Source of the DNA: Marsupella aquatica
Taxonomy: Eukaryota; Plantae; Marchantiophyta
Assembly (NCBI GenBank): GCA_973895155.1
Contig: OZ316892.1
Location: 5,488,476-5,552,475 of the forward strand
Reading direction: 5' to 3'
Length of the DNA: 64,000 bases
Shown: piece by piece, positions 36,935 through 49,600 of the stretch
Layout of the letters: every line of letters starts with the position of its first letter
Numbering within the stretch: the first letter of the stretch is position 1
The notes under the pieces: generated by a model
What the model saw: only the letters and a program-made list of their open reading frames with translations
Databases searched by the model: none
Told to the model about the DNA's origin: nothing
Made by a program: the position numbers and the translations under genes

Positions 36935-37075
36935 ATTTCTTGGAGAAGTCGAATGTGGTTGCTGACCTTCGCACTGGTGTGTATCACGATTTCGCTGCAG
37001 GTGGGCTTGAGTAGAGCTGATGCAGGATCTTGTATAAATCAGATATGTGGGACTGGCGCCAGTCAACTGCTTTAG
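36935..37075 (+). pseudogene. Truncated tandem paralog of the hevein lectin gene
   Basis: Translates ISWRSRMWLLTFALVCITISLQVGLSRADAGSCINQICGTGASQLL*, aligning to MAWKGRGVLLTLGLLYVTVSLQVGLCSAADSGSCTNNVPCGSG. Confidence 0.8.
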
Positions 37076-37588
37076 AGCAAAAGTTTTACTTACTACGCAC
37101 TCCTCTAACCTCGTTGCCGCGCAGTACTGCAGAACGTTTTCGGAACATCTAACCTCCTGCTGACGAATCTGTCGGTCCAAGGGCGATTATGAGATTGAGG
37201 ATATCTAAATGGAATGTGATCTAACTCAGACGCGTACTTCAGCCAGTATGGGTACGTCAGGTGCTAGACGATACTGCTGTTGCCTCTGTTCGGCAATATA
37301 ATGGCGAAGTAAAAGTTCGAGATAAAATCTGGATGGGTAGCCTTAGACGGTTGTCTTCAATGTACGTTTGTTTCGTTTGTTGTACTAGTTACAATTGGTT
37401 AACGACGGCCAGTTATAATAGCACCGCAATTAATGTCTTGTTTGAGATCATCATTTTGCTATGATCGAGCTAAACCAATTTTTTTTCTACCAGTCAGTTC
37501 ACTCGCCCGTGAGCGGTATGATTTAGCTTTGACTTGTATCGCTTAGTTTTATAGTGACAATTTATATTACTGTGCCATGTTTCGACAA

Positions 37589-37885
37589 ATTTTTATTTAT
37601 TTTTCCTTGAAACCGAAAGCTGACCAATCCTACAGAGGATAGACCATCAACTCCTGAGCATGCACCTCTGTAGGGTAGCCCACAAGGGGGGTCATACCCA
37701 GGACCAGGAGAGAGAGAGGGTTGGACCAGAACCCAAAGCGGACCAGCCAGGGCTGAAGAAAAACCAATACTCCCACCACTACACCCCACCCACACACACA
37801 CTCAGCCTCCACAACCCTTGCATGTGGAGGGGGGATTGAACCTGGGACCTCTCAGTAGTTGGAGTAGTGGACGAGGTGTTACATA
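37589..37885 (-). mobile_element. tRNA-derived SINE-like element with 12-bp TSD
   Basis: B-box GGTTCAATCCC, A-rich tail, TSD ATGTTTCGACAA at 37577-37588 and 37886-37897. Confidence 0.8.
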
Positions 37886-38803
37886 ATGTTTCGACAAGTT
37901 TCGCTTAGTGTTATAGTGACATGTTATTACTGTGCAACTGCGGTTTACACCCGAGTTATTTTCACGCAGACACCGATCTTCCTAACTCTTTTCATCGTTT
38001 TAGACATAAGTACTTTAATTCGTAGGGATGCGCTCCGGGCTTCAAAAGAGCGATTTCACACTTGTCATTGGTAGGTGTGTAACAAAAAAGATCCTAAGGA
38101 GCTAGACGATGGCCCTTGGATATTTCTCCACTTGATGTTATCTGCATTTTAACTAACAACAAGATCCATGCAAAATTTGATGCTTCATTTATGTTCGATC
38201 GCTTCTGTCATGACAAAGATGTGAGGATGGCAATGTACAGATGAAGCACTATTCTACGGCATATATCTAGGGTAGATCATTTCAATACGAACCTCGACTT
38301 TCCCAAATCTGCTTTATATTGACACTCGTATTGACATAGATATAGACTCATTTTAGTTCCCGCAGAACCTGGTGGGCCCTCCTCTGTTATAATTGAGGTA
38401 GAAGGAAACAAAGACAGAATCGTCAATAACAAGGGGCATGAAATAGTTCTTTAAATAATGTGCAAGTTCTTATCCCACGAAATTGAAGCACTATGTTCCA
38501 ATAGGAACGACTGAAGTCCACTGAAATGAAGCCAACTAAGGCTCGATGTTTCAATACCTTCATTGCGCTGGTAAGATTGTCACTGTACTGAGATCTCAAT
38601 TCACGAAACAATTTCAGCAGAAAGAACGACATGTGACAATTGAACAGTCAACTCAGTGACATTCAACCTGCAATTCAACCTAGGTATTTAATGTGGGAAG
38701 CGTTCATTGATCATGACAGAATACCACTAAAGGAGGCCAACTCCTCAATTTCCCTTCTGACCCGGCCATTTCCCCTGTCACTGTTATTTATCCCTACCAT
38801 CGT

Positions 38804-38855
38804 CTGACTAACTGGTAGAGCCCTCTCTTGCTCGAGGGCTCTACCAGTTAGTCAG
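38804..38855. other. Perfect 22-bp-stem hairpin (candidate small-RNA precursor)
   Basis: CTGACTAACTGGTAGAGCCCTC - 8-nt loop - GAGGGCTCTACCAGTTAGTCAG. Confidence 0.75.
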
Positions 38856-40727
38856 TCGAATCTAAACAATAAAATATACTTGTTCTTTCTCATGGTCTTA
38901 TGACAAAATGTGATTCTGGTGCAAAACCTCCCTGGCCACATGTTTATGGTGCATGTTTAACCATGCGATGGGCCAATACGTCACTCTCCCCACATTTTGT
39001 GCAGTCGAGCACACACTCATTGAAATACAGTGGCCAGGCCGCCTCACTGACTAATTGGATCATCTGACTGCCGTGCCCTCTCACTTACACTCGAGAACTG
39101 TTCCACTCAATCTCACTTCATATTGACCGTACCCTGCAAAGCATGGACATTGGGCTAGTGTTTCATAAAATCCCAAAGAAGTAGCTACGCTGGAAGCTAA
39201 ATATCTCCTAACACGTTAGCTACATACCAGTTGCATTTTTTCAGCACAGACATGCAAACTAGAAATATTTAATGACACCAAAGATATTTGTTTAGTCTGA
39301 CCAAGTCAATGAAAAGTTTACGTAAGACAAATATTAATGCACAGAAATCTGATGATTCATAAGGGACGCCATAAGGGACGCATAGTTTGTAGGATGAAAT
39401 CCAAAAAGTTTTAGTTCTGTACTTGTTCGCAGTTTTCTTCGTTGAACTACATTATCCAGGTCAATATCTAGTCATACGCCTCCAAACCTGGGGCACAATG
39501 GAGCTTGTTATACAACTTCAGGATGGTTTTGCCAATGATAAACTGGGTCTATGTTTTCCGTAGTATTTAAGTCGATTTTCGTGTGAATGATATAGAACAT
39601 TTAAGTTTCCGAACAAAGGACATCTGAGGTTGTCTTGAAACAGCATTCAAATTGTCTGTCTAAGAGGACCCAAAGGCAGAATCAATCAGTAGTACAGAAT
39701 ATGGAAATTTTACAGGGTCAACGCTAAGATATTGACCTTTTCATTCCAGCAACATTCCACAATATGGCTAAAAATTCAGTCCTGCCAACAAGAGCAGGTA
39801 GAGAGGTGCTGTGCCTGTCCCTGTTGTCATTAACTATCATAGACAGTCCTTTCACCCACACCAGGCGGTGCTGATCATCTAGTACTGCTTAGAACGGTCT
39901 ATGATTTTGAAGTGACAGTTTTCCACTTCGCAGTTCCTTACTGCAAGCTGAGGTGGCAGACCACATTGCAGCTTCTCAACAGGTCAATGGAGAAGGGAAG
40001 GAAGCATGAGCTTCCCCATCCGGTGGTCGTAGTGACACTCGGTTCTGGAAAGAACATAGGACCCAACGCGGATTGAAGCAGTTTCGATGCAAGCTCTGGT
40101 GGTTCTCCGAAAAGGTTAGTCTAGACAGTCCCGAAGGAGTCCCAAACTGATAACTTAGAGGCTAGGACGCATTCGGTTTTGCAAAGAAGTCATGCTCTCC
40201 AACGCAAGGAAATTTCTGTTGAGCCAACAAACAGTAGTAAAGCCATATTACAAAGCTTCTATCACTTTCCAAATACTTGAATGTTTCTGCCGCCAGAACT
40301 CACCCAGGTCTTCTGAGATTGCTTGCTGAGAACCAGGTACCCACTGATGTATTCGGTGACTATTCCAGAAAATTTCAGCTCAGTACCGTTCTGGCTCATA
40401 TACAACCACTTCTTTGAGGATATGCCGGTCGTCTCGCAACACTTGCCTGGGCATTGCGACAGCAGTTCATGTTAAACTGATGTTCCTCAGCACAGGAAGT
40501 GCTTGGAGACCACATCTGTCTGACCAATAAGGATCTTTGCGTTGTCGACTTACGCTTAGTTCCTTCAATTTGTTGGGCCATATAGACAGTAAGCTTGCAA
40601 GACGCCATGTCCCTGTTCATCCACCACGTACTACTTGATGCTTACGGTCTATTCACAGTGAAGGTACTCAGTAACAAGGCAACGGTAGAATACACGGCAG
40701 CCCGACAGGATAGCTCAGAATTGATGA

Positions 40728-43700
40728 CTACCTGATTTGAACTGTTGGGGATAGTGTCCGAGGGGATTGAATAGGTATAGAATGTCTTCGAAGAGGAGAT
40801 CTGGGTCTAGTAGAATTTGGCAGTGCGCTTGTTGGTTGTGCAGGAGATTGGGGAGCAGGGGACTTTGATTGGGGAGATCGAGATTGAGGGAATTGACTGC
40901 AATCTATTCCACTTCCAGAGTTTTGATAACGGTTGCCATTGCTCTTGCTCCCACTATTTGTGTTGAATCCGGAACGGACGTCAGTGGCATAGGACATTTG
41001 TTGGCGAGGTAAAATCACCCCCGTAGACGCCCCTATTTTGGACATCCAAGAGGATGTATCATCGGGCCAAGAGGGAGGACCAGCATTATCTGTGGCCAGG
41101 GAGCCATGAGCTGGAGAGGAATTGGCCTCACCATTGACCATTGTATTGGGTGCTCTCACAAGATGAGCTGGCCTATACTGAACTTTCGAAGAAGCCGAAC
41201 TAGTTGATGGTGCTCCCGTTGCAGCCGCAGCAGCTGCAGAAGCAAATTTTCCCATACAGCAGGGTCGGCTACCAGCAGTAGTTACGTAAGATGTCGGCAA
41301 GCCAGGGCCTGTGCCATTTGCGTTAGGTGCCAAGTTTATAGGAGATACAAAATTGCCGTCAGGGATATTGTAGGGAGCTGTTGAAAAAGAATGACCAGAG
41401 GGTATTGAGGGTTTGAACGGAACTGTAGGACTGGCGTTTCCGCCGATACTGCTTGACGACGAGAGTGATGTTCCAGTGCCATTGGCATCAACCATGGACC
41501 GTGATGCCAAAATATTATTCGCAGGGTATGAGAGACCATTCGGTAGCCTGAAGAGATACCGTGATGAGACTCCACCCTGCCCAAGTTTGGCAAGTTGAGT
41601 TTCTGTCAACTGCTGGTTCAGCCACCTGCGTCAACAAACGATCTGAGTTTCAGCTTGTTATTCTGATACGAGCTTATATAAAGGTTTAACCATGCCAGAG
41701 TACGGTAATAAACCCCAAAACGGCTTCATCGAGGCTCTTGCCTTAATCGGGTGAACTCGATCCAGAAAAGGATCTGCAGATAACTAAACCAGGTAACAAA
41801 TTTCACTGCGTCTTGAATGAAACTATTTAGTTTTGTCTGAACTCACTAGTACATGGAGTCATAGCTCTTGCTTTCCAGAAATTTTTCACAACTTTAGCAG
41901 TTTCCTTTTGATTGCGTGATGACAAGGTCTCCCATATTCGCTACCGCTTACAATCTCTTGATGGAATTCGTTGGTTGACAGATCTTTGAATTATCCAGAC
42001 CATTTATTTTTCCTCATAGAATCCTTGCTGTAGGGGTGTGTTAAGGAGAGCCTTTAAGAGTGAAGCCCTTGCAAGTTCCAAGAACGGAAGGACAGAAGAA
42101 ATGAGGCATTTTCGGCTGGCAAATTGCCTCTCGGAGAACTTACTGAACCAATTGCTGATTCGATTTCACAAGCTCGTGAGCCTCATCTAGCTTCCCTTGC
42201 AAATCTGTTGTCTGTCATCCGTCAGAAACACAGAGTAAGTCCTTCCAAAGCGGATAAAAACTTGCCTCAAACAAATACAATGGTTGGTGCTATCCCTGGA
42301 CGACAAAGGTGACAGGAAGAACAGCTGTAGCTAAATAGATCAAACCTTCTTCTTCAAACTCTCATTATCAGTCTTCAGATGGTCCACTTCATGTCGTAAT
42401 AAGTGGATGTCGCTGAGTCCTTTGTCAATGGCATTCTGCTTCTCCTGGAGCAAGGTGTCTTGCTGTGATGTGACTTGTCCTTTTAGCTTCACCTTTGACT
42501 TCATGGATCGGAGCTCCAGCTGTTCACATTTTTACATAAACTATCAGCTTCACCCAATTTCTCAATCACATTTCCTGAATCGATGATATGTCGGCTCAAA
42601 TCACCACAACAGTGTTGGGATTACGTGAGTGGCTCGAGCGCTGTGAGAGATTGTGTCGAGTCAGTCTTCAAGGTCAGGTAGTTGAAGTCGTTCAAAGTGA
42701 CGATCTCTATCGATGAAGTCCGTTTGAGTTGAATTACAAGACATGACGAAGCTAAGAAGTGCAGCGAAGAGAACGAATAATCTCACCTGCAATTTCTCAA
42801 TTATTTGGTAGCATTTCGTGATCTCAGCTGCGCTGGCACTGGATCTCTCCTCAGCACGATCAGCGGCAGCTTGAGCTTCCTTCCAGGATCCCTCCAATGC
42901 TGATCTGAATTTTGTTCCATAAGATTGTCAACTCGACATGATGTTTGAGGGGGGCGGCTTCTTTGCAGCGGATATTGCCAATGAACGTCAAAATTTGTCG
43001 ACCCCAAGATACATTCGCATACACGACTACTAACTAACGGAGACGACATTTGAAGAAAGATTTGCTAAAAAAAGGATTCCACACCTATGGGAACCCTCTT
43101 TATCCAGCTGCATCGTCAAATTTGCCACCAAATCATTCTTATCCTGAACCTGCCAAACAAATCATACATTACCCAGAAAGAATTAACTCTTCGATACATG
43201 ACAAGATGTATCAAAATGTCTTTCCACGTGATAATTTCTTTTTCTTCTGTCAGTACGAGAGAGGAACATCGCCCCAAAAGAACAGGAGAGATGGATCCTC
43301 ACTTCCTGCTCCAACGCACTAAGGCGAATAAGGTGACGATTCAGCTGCTTCGTATTTTCGTGTTTATCAGAATCCAGGGTGCGGTTTTCCCTACGTAGGC
43401 GCTCACACTCCTGTGAAGAACAGGTCTTAAATTATCACTTTGTCCGATGATACTTGCAAATTGGAGGGATTCCTTTACGAAAGCAATATCCATGTACACA
43501 TTTATATTTGATGTGCGTTTTCAAGGGGGAAAAAACATTCTACATCGTATCGAAAATAATAAAACGTTGCAGACCCCAGCAGGTGTTTACCTGCTGCTTC
43601 TCATCCAAGTCCTTCTCCACAGCAACAAACTTTGTGCGGAGTTCAGTGACTTTGGTGTCTAGCTTGTACTTGCTGTCCAATAGGGTCCGAACCTGTATAT

Positions 43701-46670
43701 AGGTCCATCAGAACACGGGGCTCCATTCACCACACAAGTAATGACCATACGTTCGGTCTCTTATTCCTCTCTTCATGGACAAACCGTCGTTTCGCGCCTT
43801 TTCGCAGAATATATATTCCTCGCAAAAATATATATATGTTTTTCGGGATTCCTAGGAAAAAGAGTGGAATCTGTTCTATTCACTACACTAGCAGTAATTT
43901 TCTGCAACAAAGAGCTTCTGCATTATATCTATATATTTATTCCTTCACAAATTTCATATTTCATGAGCCCAACTTCGGAAATGTTGTTAAACCTCAGGTT
44001 CGCTTTTTTCAAGTAGAAATGGTTGGAAGGTGCTTCAAATTCTCTTCGGACGGAAGGTTCGTTTGTAAGAAAAAAGGAACGACTCGCAGACCTGTTTATC
44101 AAGCTCAGTGGCACGCTCCTGCTGAATATCTGCTTGCTGTCTAAGTCTGGCCTCCAACTCTTTTCGTTCTCTCTCCAACCGTTCCTTCAACTCGGCTGAC
44201 TCTTGCATTGCCTAATTTGTTTCATCAAAAATGGAACAAGTTTGGGTACCTCTATAAGGAATAATTACAGTAAACGGTTTGTACAATCACGCGATCCATC
44301 TCCTTTATGAAGCATTTGCATTGCGACGTTTTCATAAAGGTTATGCACAACTTTATGTTCAATTAAGAATCCAATAAATATGGATTCATGAATTCCACGA
44401 TCTTCGTAATCAGGGAAGACCACGCCAGATGGATTAAATTTGCCAGCTAAACGCATTACAGGGAGGTTCCTGAACCGGAAGCCTTCCTTCTGGACAGGCT
44501 TTACAGCCAGCTAAAAATGCGGATACTTAACGAACCCTTCAAAAGTTTGAAAGACATCCAAACCTTCTCTTTCTCATGAGCAATCTCAAGAGCGTACTCT
44601 GCTTTCAGTTCATTGTTAGAACTAGTTTGTTTTTCCTTGAGTTCAGCGACTTCACTGGGAGAAGAAGAGAGTATCAGATAAATGGTGCTCAACTATACAT
44701 TTTTGAGAGTTCACAAAATGGCAGAGACAATTTTTCCTCTTCGGTAATGTTCAGAGGCATCCAAACAGCTCTTACTAGCCAAAATGGGACAGACTAAGGT
44801 CAGGTAAGTGGACGCTAGGTAGGTAAAGCTGGCAACAATCACAAAGCTATGATTGTGTGATGAGAATGCCATACAAAGAATAAAGCAGACGAAGAGTAAC
44901 CACAAAAGACTGGGACAAAAGTACATGCCTACAACATTACCTGCTCAAGTTGTCGACATCATATAAGGCATTTTCTAAAGAAAGTAAAGTCCGCCTCAGC
45001 TTCTCATGTAGATCCAAGTTGATCGTCTGTCAAATACATTAGACGTGGAGTAGGTATTACTGAGGGACCAAAAACATGTCAAACCAGGCAGATGAAAGGA
45101 GGCCGTGGGATAAGGACATGGGCATGAATTGCAATGCGAACAGGGAAATTCCTTCGAACTGATATGGTCTAAGTCTGGCCGGCTGACGAAAAATAGGTTT
45201 CTCTACTTTTTGAATTGCACAGTCAATTATCTCAATCTCAAACTAGGAATCTCTCCACGAGACCCACTCACAACGACAAGATTTTACAAGAAAAAGAGGA
45301 CCACTGTCAACTTGTATCGAAAATTAGCCACCCTCATAAATATTGTTTAGCACCGATTTTGAATTCGGAACCTTGGGTAACCACATGTCTGGATTCAAAT
45401 ATGTACATCGGAGGATGGAAATGGGTAGCCTCCAGAAATGATATTCTCAAATAATTGATTATCAGAAGGTGGGTCTATTCCAAAGGGCTTGCGTCACACA
45501 ATTAGCTCTCAACTTCGCAAAAATCTTGCAATCGATCTGTAAAATGAAAGGAACTTAAGGCAGGGAACAGAATGTCATTGACCCTCTGCAGAGTGGAAAT
45601 CACTTCCGTGGTCATATAAGTTTCCCATTTATCACACAGCGAACATTATTGCTTTTAGATCGTGGGTGGATGACTTGTGTTTATTACCTTGAACTCCGCC
45701 AACCTCCCAGCCAGATAACTTTTAATGGTTTGATCATTTCCTTGTCGGAAGCACAAGGAGATGTGGCTCAGGTGCTTGAACTGATTTGTCTCAACAATAC
45801 TGAAGCTTGAATCCCCTGTCCGTACGTTCAAGATTGCCAAAAACCTGCAGATAATAACGGGACAGATAGATCAATAACTCTAAAGAACAGTGCAGACACC
45901 TGGCTCCTCTTTCTCTGTCACAGAATATCGTCAAAAGCCTCTACTAGCAATTAGAAGTGCAGGCTATAATACCTATGTGCACATTCAGAATGTCACATGA
46001 GCAATCTTGAATTTGCGTACCTTGGGTTATCGTTGCAACCTGACACTATGCATTGCTCCAAAAGCTCTATGAATTTGTAGGGAAAGGTTGAAAAATCCAC
46101 AAGAATACATTGTTCGACTTTCAAGCTTTGAAAATCATCTTCATTTACGTCCAAAGAATAGAAGAAAAACGGGTCCCCTTCGCTTGTGATTTGCACCTGC
46201 AGGACCTGGGGATACAAAGAGGACCAATCAGACTTCGTTGTCTATGAAATTGAAAATGTGTGATTGAAAATCACTGAAAAAAATCACGCCCTGTTGGTTG
46301 CAGGGGGATAAGGGCTGGCGGAGCAGGGGTGTTGCACAGTGTTCTCTGCAAACATACACCTCCTTTGAAACTAATCTGATGATGGGAAATTCGCATCCAT
46401 CAAGTTGAAAAGTTGACCAATCCACAAATCCCAAATCTGCACGTTCGCAGATGTTTCTTCCCCACCCCCCTAATCTTCCTCATCAGTCTGGACGAGGACC
46501 AGCGTTCATACCTTACTTGTACGATGAAGCTTGTTGACGCCCACAATAAAGCGGACGGTCAAATCCATGTGTCGGTCTTCAGAACCACATTTTGTAATCC
46601 TGACTGGAATGACCTTCTCAAACAATGTGGAAGTGCTCTCCATCGCGCTCCTCTTAAATATATCGTCCAT
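40728..46670 (-). CDS. SAS6: Spindle assembly abnormal protein 6 (centriole cartwheel protein), about 13 exons
   Basis: Head domain ITSEGDPFFFYSLDVNEDDFQSLKVEQCILVDFSTFP..., VETNQFKHLSHISLCF; coiled coil ending KSNQQLVQWLNQQL. Phase-consistent GT-AG exons: 46670-46512, 46205-46021, 45844-45688, 45026-44941, 44654-44564, 44211-44092, 43692-43591, 43410-43303, 43149-43085, 42904-42787, 42519-42346, 42211-42144, 41625-40728. Start codon (46670 vs 46808) and last exon are uncertain. Confidence 0.92.
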
Positions 46671-49600
46671 CTGAATCCGCGACATAGAAATTGACTCTCT
46701 ACCATTGACCATGTGGTTGCAGCTCGCATCAGAGACACGATCACGAAAGTGCAATCCACATGGGAATGATGATGAACCAACGTTTGACATGAATCCTAGG
46801 TCGTTCATGTGGCTCGAAGCTGATGTTTTCAAAGAACCTACGTCCTAGGTCCTCCAATCGATTGCGAGCCTCACGTCCACAATCTTCCATGAAGCTTGAT
46901 TCCAACCGGGACATGATGTCCCAATCCCCAGCAGCTGACGCATTTCCATACTAAATCCGTTTCTCCGCTGCTCTAGTCATGCCGTGATCAAGGATAGCCA
47001 CCCTCGATCTATCCTTGATCGACAATTCTGTATCATCGTTCCCTTAGCTGAAACTCCGACATGGGCCTGGTGATCAACCCTGAGTACCTAATGATGAGGG
47101 GAAGATGGGTTACACACGTGATCAGCAAAAGGTGATGGAGGTTTCCGAATGAGCAGCTAGGGCCTCTCGTGACTCGCCGCCACAAAGACAATCCGTGCAG
47201 AAATATCAGGAATTTGTCCACCGGGCCTGACCATGATCGCCAACGCGCTAACGGCTCTAGGAAAAAATTAACGTCTGGTCTGTCCGCAGGGAAAACTGAT
47301 GGGTAGTGGGGTGAAGAGCCGGTTAAGTCAAGAGAGTCGCGCACAAGGAAAGAACGTGATAAGCCGGAGGATGGCCGGGTCTTTCTTGTTTCTGCAAGTG
47401 CATGTAACTGCTTCCGCAAGCACCACTGTACACTCTGCGCTACACATATCCAGCCACACAATGTACTACATGAGCGCTTCTGCGCCTTGTAATCGAGGTC
47501 TCAATAACCTGCAAGAACTCTACCTTGAGCCACTGTTCGATCACCGATATACATTACTGAGGACGGTCCCCTTGCTGCACCTAAAAGCCTGTCGATTAAG
47601 ATTGTAGCAGAAATTGAAGGCTAGGACAGGAGAATTCTACCGGAATGTTGCGAGATCTTCTTGATCCTGTTTGGTTTGAGTTGTAGTCAGAACGTTCATG
47701 GAATCAATACGTGGGTCTAAGCTTTCTTAGGGACTCTCCAAAGTATCAAGAGTTTTACGTAATGATCTCTCTCCCAATATTGGTCACCACCATCAACTCG
47801 AGGTCTGTCGCTGGCACTTCAGCGGTCATTGGGTTGAACATGGTGGTGCAAAAGGTTTTTCTCCTTTCATCGGCTTTTTGAGCACCAGGTTCGAAGCAAG
47901 GCAGGAGGGCCATCAAGAGAAATGGTGGTGTTGACAAGGATAAATTTACTGAATGTGCAAGATCGTAACAGAGGATCTTTCTCGTCTCTGTTTTGCTCTG
48001 TCCATTCTCACCCATATATGTTCTTTGCTTACAATGGGTCTCTGGAAGGCTTAGAAACAACGACAGATTGAAGAGGCAAACGACAAGACTGACTAGGTTG
48101 AAATTACATTAACTTTAATTGCAACTGTTGTTCAATATTCGCGCCTCATCGTTTGTTGTTTCCCTTTTGCAGGGAAAAAGTGAAAAGAAGTTTGGGCTCG
48201 AGGGTGAAGGTTTCGGTCTACATTTTACATTCATTGGAACTTTCTTTCTCGACCTTCAAGCTACAAACTAAGCTAATGATCCTATTGTAAGCCATTCATT
48301 TCAAGCTTGCTTGCCGAGAGATCTCACTGTTGTTACCAACACCTGGGCCAGCATACTCCACCAGATTTATTCCCTAGGCACGAGTAGACAGCACTGAATT
48401 GGTTACAAATAATTGAAACTTTCCAGTCGGATCTGTTGGTGAGTCACACGTTTCGAAACTTGCCGAAATGCCTGACTTTGTTTATTCTGACCACTTGGGG
48501 CCCATACCATGCTGCTGTTTTCTCCCTAGTTTACAAAGTCAATCGCCACTGAAGAATTGGTGGAGTGAGCTTGGGGTCTCGCCCTCGGATGATTTGCAGA
48601 CAAAGCTTCTTGAACAGTAGTTTACATTAGCCTAACCGGAGGTAAGATGCATTGATTTCGATTGGAAGTAAGGTTATGAAACTCATTCGAGCTTGCAATG
48701 TCGTTTGTCCCTTCTTTGCTTTGTCTTAGATCTTTGTGCTCTGTTAGCAATGTACAAGGATGCAGTGTATTCATTCTGCTGCTGGGAGTGCGTGTAGTCT
48801 TGATTGTTGATAAGCAAGACAAGAGCACTCCGTAAGGAACCCTTACGCCTAAAATTTAATTATTAGAGCTTTTACGGAGCAGAGCGGCCTGTGCGACTAA
48901 AACATATTAAACGAGCGCAGAAGCAAACAGCAGGATGGAATTATACAATGAGGTACGACATTCAGGATTTTGGGCAAGATACTACTTCAGCAATGCTGGG
49001 TTCTCAGCTGTTACCTTAGTGCTGTTTGAGGTTACGAACTCCGGCTTGTAACTGTGAGTGAGCCACGATCATGTAAGCTATTAGCTGGATGAAAGCTTGG
49101 ACTCTCCTTCCACCCTGTGGCCGGCTTCGTCATTAGAATGGTCTCCTGCTGAAGCTCCGGCTACCTTGCATTGTGATAAGTTCTCGCCTTGACCAAGGTT
49201 ATGCAATGGAATGACCTTCCGTTTCCGATCGAGAACATGGTAGTTCAGTTTTGAAGCCTACGTGTAGTACCATCATGTGAGCTCTGTTGGCTTGGGTATT
49301 AAAGCAACGGCTGCTGATGCATCCTTTTTTCGCTCTACCACGTTGCCAATCGAAACATCTAAAACAGGTCCAGGGTCGCATCCTAAATTCTTCAAAGGTT
49401 TCACTGTTTCACAGAGGTCAACTTATAAATTTGATATCTCCACTTCCTTCATTTTCGGTTATAGTGAGCCCCACATTCTCGAACACTGTTTCTGACATTG
49501 ACATGGTTCGCTTTCAAACAAGGTGGGTCACCGGTTGCAATGTCGGTGACGAATTTTGGTCTTAGATCCTCGTATATCTAGGGTAGATCTCGGCCCTGTA

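Noticed and set aside
46986-47020. 12-bp-stem hairpin upstream of SAS6
   Set aside because: Real but short and isolated; no evidence of function.
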